Positions 59,346-64,000 of a stretch of 64,000 bases of DNA are shown piece by piece. Each line of letters opens with the position of its first letter. The first letter of the stretch is position 1. The DNA comes from an uncultured Planctomycetaceae bacterium (GTDB taxonomy: Bacteria; Planctomycetota; Planctomycetia; Pirellulales; Pirellulaceae). The position numbers and the translations under genes are program-made. The notes below the pieces were generated by a model. It worked only from the letters and a program-made list of their open reading frames with translations. It was not told where the DNA came from and did no database searches. Where the stretch lies: assembly GCA_963697295.1 (NCBI GenBank), contig CAVONL010000012.1, positions 46,661 to 110,660 on the forward strand. Reading direction: 5' to 3'.

Positions 59346-60293
59346 ATGACAAAATCTTCAGATCCGCAGCCATCGCAGGATGCAACCGAAACGACCCAAG
59401 ACACGAGCATCGTGTTGCCGGATGGCTCAGTTGCCGGGGCGAACAAACAAAAAGAACGCGAAAAAGAACGCAAGACGGAGGATCAGGACTATGTTCCTGT
59501 TATCATCAAACGCACCGACGAAACGCGACGTCATCCCGACGATGCCCTCCAACATTCTATTGAGGAAGGGCTGGAGCAACTTGAGCGTCCGGCAATTTCG
59601 CTGCTGTTGTCGGCGATCGCTGCCGGCCTGATCGTGGGATTTTCGGCGATGGCGGTAGCCGTCGTACTGACGGCAACCGGTGAAATGCAAACGACCGAAT
59701 TGGTCAGTCGAATTGCAACTGCGTTTGTATATCCGTTGGGATTCGTAGTATGTATTTTGAGCGGTGCGCAACTGTTTACCGAACATACAGCTACTGCCTT
59801 CTATCCCGTACTCGACGGTAAAGCAAAATTCAAACAGCTGTTTCAGCTGTGGGTGATTGTAATTGTCGGAAATCTGATGGGGGCATTGGTGTGCGGTGGA
59901 TTGCAATCCTGGGCCACCGAAGTTGTTGACGCGCGCGCCGGTTTTATCGAGATCGGTCATCACCTGGTCAAGTTTTCGAATTCTGGGCTGCTGGTTAGTG
60001 CGGTGTTGGCGGGCTGGTTGATGGCGCTGGGGGCCTGGCTGGCTGTCTCCAGTCCGCGGACCATCGCTCAAATTGCCATGATTTATATCGTCACCTTTCT
60101 AATTGGCTTGGGAGGACTGCATCACTCCATCGCGGGCTCTGCCGAAATGTTTACCGCCATGTTTCTGAGTTCTGAATTTACACCGTCAATGGCAGCCCGA
60201 TTTATCTCCCTGGCATTGCTGGGAAATCTGATCGGTGGATCGTGCTTTGTGGCTTTACTGAATTACGCGCACATTCGGCACGTAAACGAATAA
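59346..60293 (+). CDS. Formate/nitrite transporter (FNT) family, YfdC-like
   Basis: EGLEQLERP, YPLGF, QLFTEHT, GNLMG, AGWLMA, HHSIAGS, GNLIGG. Confidence 0.92.
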   Translation: MTKSSDPQPSQDATETTQDTSIVLPDGSVAGANKQKEREKERKTEDQDYVPVIIKRTDETRRHPDDALQHSIEEGLEQLERPAISLLLSAIAAGLIVGFSAMAVAVVLTATGEMQTTELVSRIATAFVYPLGFVVCILSGAQLFTEHTATAFYPVLDGKAKFKQLFQLWVIVIVGNLMGALVCGGLQSWATEVVDARAGFIEIGHHLVKFSNSGLLVSAVLAGWLMALGAWLAVSSPRTIAQIAMIYIVTFLIGLGGLHHSIAGSAEMFTAMFLSSEFTPSMAARFISLALLGNLIGGSCFVALLNYAHIRHVNE

Positions 60294-60296
60294 ACA

Positions 60297-60902
60297 ATGA
60301 AAGCCAATGACTCCGAAAAAGCAGCTCCGACCAGCTTGAGCGGTTTGCTGGACCATTTCCTGGAAACGACCGACGGGCAAGCCGCAGTCTCGATTTCTGA
60401 TTTGCTCGATTCGCTGAGCAGTCGCAGTCATGGCCCCATGCTGCTGTTTCCCGCCATCATCGCAATCTCACCGGTTGGCATGATCCCGGGGATGTCCCTG
60501 GTTACGGGGACCCTGGTCATCTTGATCGCCGTGCAGATGATGTTATTTGCCAGTCGACCGTGGATTCCCCAACGCCTCGCCAACTTTGAATTTTCACGGG
60601 AGAAGTTGAAAAGCGGCGTGCAGAAAACACAACCGTGGGTGAAGTGGTTTGAGAAGATCATTCATGCCCGGTTCGAATACCTGGCAGTTGGGATCATGAT
60701 TTATCCGGTTGCGTTCGTGTCGATTTTACTTGCGCTTTCGTTTTATCCGTTGGCATTTGTCCCCTTTGGCGTTTTCCTGCCGGGACTTGCCATTGCTCTC
60801 CTGGCACTGGGCCTGACCGCCCGAGATGGTTTGTTGATCTTGCTCGGATTTGCGTTGACTGCCATCGCCGGGGGCGTCATCTGGCTGGCTTGGCCATTTT
60901 AA
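60297..60902 (+). CDS. exoD: ExoD-family exopolysaccharide synthesis protein
   Basis: RSHGPMLL, IPGMS, QM...PWIP, LGLTARDGL. Confidence 0.88.
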   Translation: MKANDSEKAAPTSLSGLLDHFLETTDGQAAVSISDLLDSLSSRSHGPMLLFPAIIAISPVGMIPGMSLVTGTLVILIAVQMMLFASRPWIPQRLANFEFSREKLKSGVQKTQPWVKWFEKIIHARFEYLAVGIMIYPVAFVSILLALSFYPLAFVPFGVFLPGLAIALLALGLTARDGLLILLGFALTAIAGGVIWLAWPF

Positions 60903-60943
60903 GATTCGATTTCTGTTGCATCGATTCGGACGGTTCCAGCCAT

Positions 60944-60972
60944 AAAAAAAGCCCGTTACCTTGGTAACGGGC
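60944..60972 (-). terminator. Intrinsic terminator of the fasciclin gene
   Basis: Minus strand GCCCGTTACC-AA-GGTAACGGGC followed by TTTTTTT. Confidence 0.9.
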
Positions 60973-60995
60973 CGCATATAAAGATCGCCGCGAGC

Positions 60996-61397
60996 CTACG
61001 CTGGCAGCAGCACGGTGTCGATCACATGGATCACACCATTGTCCGCCAGCACATCAGCTTTGATGACGGTCGCGTCGTTAATTCTCACACCGTTTGCAGC
61101 GTCAATTGCGACTTCTGCACCCTGCAGTGTTTTGGCCGATTTCAGTTTGATGACATCCGCGGCCTTAACGTTGCCTTCGACGACGTGATAGGTAAGGATG
61201 TTCTTCAACGCGGGGATGTCTTTCAACAGACCTTCTACCGTACCAGCTGGCAATTTGCTGAATGCTTCGTCGGTAGGTGCAAACACGGTTAGCTTGGCGT
61301 CGCCGGTGAGGGCACCTGCCAGACCGGCCGCTTCGACTGCTGCCAGGAGCGTTGAAAATTGACCAGCTTGTTTTGCGGTCTCTGCGATATTCGCCAT
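60996..61397 (-). CDS. Single-domain fasciclin (FAS1) protein, no signal peptide
   Basis: [41 protein letters not shown]. Confidence 0.95.
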   Translation of the reverse strand: MANIAETAKQAGQFSTLLAAVEAAGLAGALTGDAKLTVFAPTDEAFSKLPAGTVEGLLKDIPALKNILTYHVVEGNVKAADVIKLKSAKTLQGAEVAIDAANGVRINDATVIKADVLADNGVIHVIDTVLLPA

Positions 61398-61609
61398 GTA
61401 AATGTTCCTTTAAGGATTGTTTTGTTGCGGGAAAGACGTCTTGAGCTGATAAACCCGAAGTTCATCCTGTTACATAACTGAATGTTCCTGACAATCCTCA
61501 AAATGAAGGCAAGTTTTTTCGTGTTAATTTTTGTCGTCGAAATACCTGAATTGCACGTTTGTCGAATTGGCCAATCGGCTGGCGCAAGTGACGCCGCCGA
61601 ATATTTTGA

Positions 61610-62546
61610 CTATTTATCTTCCTGCTCGTCCTCTTTATCAACGTGTTGGGTCGCGGGCGACTCGAAATACAGTCGAACCGTGGAGACCACAGAAATTTCG
61701 GGGTGCATCGGCAGCTCGCGAGGTTGGATGTCGCCGTCGGAGTGCAGACCGCGGTAATAGGTGTTGCGGGGGCGATAGGCTTTGATAAACGGCAACTCGC
61801 GACGCCACGGAGGAGTAACTTCGCCGCCATAGCTGTTCACGAACGACTCGTAGAGCGACTCGGGATAGCGAACGATCGTTTGTTCCTGCACGTTAATTAC
61901 CGACGGACGAATTTCGAACAGAGCGGCCAACATGACATCGGACTTGCTGCGGGCGGCTTGCAGCGCTTGCTCGCGTGCCTTGACTTTGACTTCGTCGAGG
62001 TCCCGGCTCCAGTAATCGAAGGCAATAATGTCGGTCACCCCTTGTTCAAACGCCAGCGAGAATGCCTTGGCCGCGTTGGCGTCGTTGGGTACCGCCAAGT
62101 GAACGTTGGTTTGCATGCGGAAGCCGGACTTCGTTTCGATGCCGACGTCGCCGCCGCCACGTTTCTCGATGTTCCAGTCGTACACCGGCAGCACCGCAAT
62201 GAAATCTTCGACGATGTTTTCGCCAGGAATTCCGACTGCGGTCCACGACTGTTTCAGCTTGCTCATCGTTTCGTCAATGGCCTGTTGGCATTGTTGCGCA
62301 GTTTGGCCTTCGCTGGTGACTGCCAACACAATCCTGATTTCCGTGGGCCGCACGCGAATTTCGGCTCGCCCGTCAATCGCGATGAAGCTTTCAGCCACCT
62401 CGCGGGCCAGCACCGGCAAGTCAGCAACGGTCGCCGATTGAGCCTCCACGCCGGCCCGGGATCCTCGCAAATTGACCCAGAACCGCCGATTCCGGATAAA
62501 TGATCAACAGCAACAAGAAGGCAACGAATAGTTTTATGCGATGCAT
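61610..62546 (-). CDS. SIMPL (DUF541) domain exported protein, frameshift at ~62471
   Basis: IAIDGRAEIRVRP, AREQALQAARSK, ISVVSTVRLYF. The signal peptide MHRIKLFVAFLLLLIIYPESAVLG starts at ATG 62546 (GGGAG SD) in another frame. Confidence 0.8.
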
Positions 62547-62687
62547 TTTTCAACTCCCGGCTAAAGTTCGTATCGATTTGGCCGCGCGGTTCCGGAGCCA
62601 ATGTCAATTGGAGCATTCTACGAGAACGCGAAAGATCATCCCGCAATTATTAACCAGTTCCACTGCCCTGTCGAATTTGACGGTGCC

Positions 62688-63383
62688 CTACCCGCGGGCG
62701 AAGAATAACCAGTCGGTTTGAACCTGGTCGATCAGTTCGTTGTTGTGGGTCACCGCCTCAACGCGGACGTCGGCGAAGACTTTTCGGAGCGCATCCGCGA
62801 ACGGCGAGCTTTCGGCGTACGACCAAACCCCCAATACTCCGCCAGCGGCCAAATGTTTCCGTGCGGTTTGCAAACCGGCTTCGCAATAGAAGGAAAAACT
62901 TTCGTCGCCCAACGGATCGTCGGGCGAGTGATCGACGTCGATCAGAATCAGGTCAAACAGATCAAGGGGCGGGCCAGCCAGTCGACCGTACACATCGCCC
63001 TCGGTGATGGTCAATCGTGTGTTGTCGTTAAGTTCACGCGATAGCGGCACCAATCCGTCGGACAGCCAGTGAATGACTTGTGGTAAAAACTCGACGACCT
63101 CGACCTGCGCGACGCGGTCCGATGCGAGAGCGGCGTAGGCCGTATAGCCCAACCCGAGTCCGCCGACCAAGACGTTCAGGGCGTCGCCCGAGTTCATCTC
63201 AAGTGCGATCCGTGCGAGTGCCCGCTCGGAATCGGTATACAGGCTGCTCATCAGAAACTCGTGATTTAGTGTCACTTCGGTCACAATGGTACCGGGTTGG
63301 GCGAGCAATTCGCGTCGACGCAGACACAGGGGTCCCAACGGGCTTTCCTCGTACGCCAGGATTTCGAGGTTTGCTTTGGACAT
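62688..63383 (-). CDS. Spermidine synthase-like SAM-dependent methyltransferase
   Basis: EFLMSSLYTDSERALA, VLVGGLGLGYT, LIDVDHSP, GGVLGVWS. Confidence 0.85.
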   Translation of the reverse strand: MSKANLEILAYEESPLGPLCLRRRELLAQPGTIVTEVTLNHEFLMSSLYTDSERALARIALEMNSGDALNVLVGGLGLGYTAYAALASDRVAQVEVVEFLPQVIHWLSDGLVPLSRELNDNTRLTITEGDVYGRLAGPPLDLFDLILIDVDHSPDDPLGDESFSFYCEAGLQTARKHLAAGGVLGVWSYAESSPFADALRKVFADVRVEAVTHNNELIDQVQTDWLFFARG

Positions 63384-63477
63384 TCGCGTTTACCTCGACC
63401 GCGTGCCGGAACAAATACCGCGCGTAGTCCCCGTTTCCGCGCGACCTGAATGACAGCCACCGATTGCTTGTCGAGCG

Positions 63478-64000
63478 CTAAAACGACTCGTTGTATTTCG
63501 TAGACATCGCCTGGCGGATTTGAGTGGTCGCGTCGTCGATGTTGGTGAGAATCTGTCGGGCCGCTTCGTTGGCCTGGGCCCTGCCTGATTCGCGAATGGC
63601 ATTGCGTTCCTGGCGGGCATAACCGAGGTTCAACTCGTGAGTAACCATGGGCGCATATTCCAATCGTCGATGCCCGCCCCAGCTGTAGGTCGGGATGGGA
63701 ACATTCGAAACCGTCGTCCCCCCAAAGACGGGCGTCGCATATCGCATATCGACGCGCGTTTGATCAAGCGCCTGACTGAAATTTCCGACCATGGATTTGA
63801 GCGCCTGCGAGACATACTGGCCATAAGCGACCATGTCCGAGTCGACCTCGCGCGAGGACAGACTCTCAATTTTCTGGGCGTAGTTATTGAGCCACAGTGC
63901 ATTTTGATCCATCGACTTGCGATCAAATTCGTTTTCGATTTCAGAGACGATACCGGTAACCGTACTGAAATATTTCTTTGTCGCCCGAACTGTTTTTAGT
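63478..64000 (-). CDS. Hypothetical protein, 3' part (start lies beyond the window)
   Basis: The frame of 63478..63912 stays open to the window edge (LKTVRATKKYFSTV...ALWLNNYAQKIESL...IRQAMSTKYNESF). Confidence 0.7.
   Translation of the reverse strand, partial: LKTVRATKKYFSTVTGIVSEIENEFDRKSMDQNALWLNNYAQKIESLSSREVDSDMVAYGQYVSQALKSMVGNFSQALDQTRVDMRYATPVFGGTTVSNVPIPTYSWGGHRRLEYAPMVTHELNLGYARQERNAIRESGRAQANEAARQILTNIDDATTQIRQAMSTKYNESF

Noticed and set aside
61643-62503. 286-aa ORF antisense to the SIMPL gene
   Set aside because: Mirror-frame shadow ORF.

Overview
Bacterial chromosomal segment, most likely from a planctomycete (inferred from the gene families present: CsrA-REC fusion, MQCMEIWGGN-type PP2C phosphatase, SgcJ/EcaC-like and PEP-CTERM proteins). 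It has three blocks. (1) 0-9 kb: a type I secretion-like ABC/HlyD/TolC trio, an NhaR-type LysR regulator and a SulP anion transporter preceded by a candidate leader-peptide ORF. (2) About 9-46 kb: a light/UV-adaptation region with three photolyases (class I CPD, an Fe-S-free bacterial (6-4) type, and a class II CPD fused to a renalase-like flavoenzyme). It also carries a xanthorhodopsin-clade DTE proton pump with a complete retinal operon (blh-crtY-crtE-crtI-crtB), transcribed divergently from a CarH-like regulator that lacks the cobalt-ligating His. Other genes here are Dps, a SOUL protein, a Tat-signal EutB-EutC fusion and a 100-bp REP-type tandem array. (3) About 46-61 kb: a general-stress/osmolyte block with a CheB-CheR-PAS hybrid kinase, CsrA-REC, mannosylfructose-type synthase/phosphatase/hydrolase, a sigma54 activator with two sigma54 promoters, an FNT channel and ExoD. 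At least 7 genes carry single-base frameshifts, most likely long-read assembly indels. No rRNA, tRNA, CRISPR array or transposase was recognised. All family calls come from motif recognition by eye; no database search was run.
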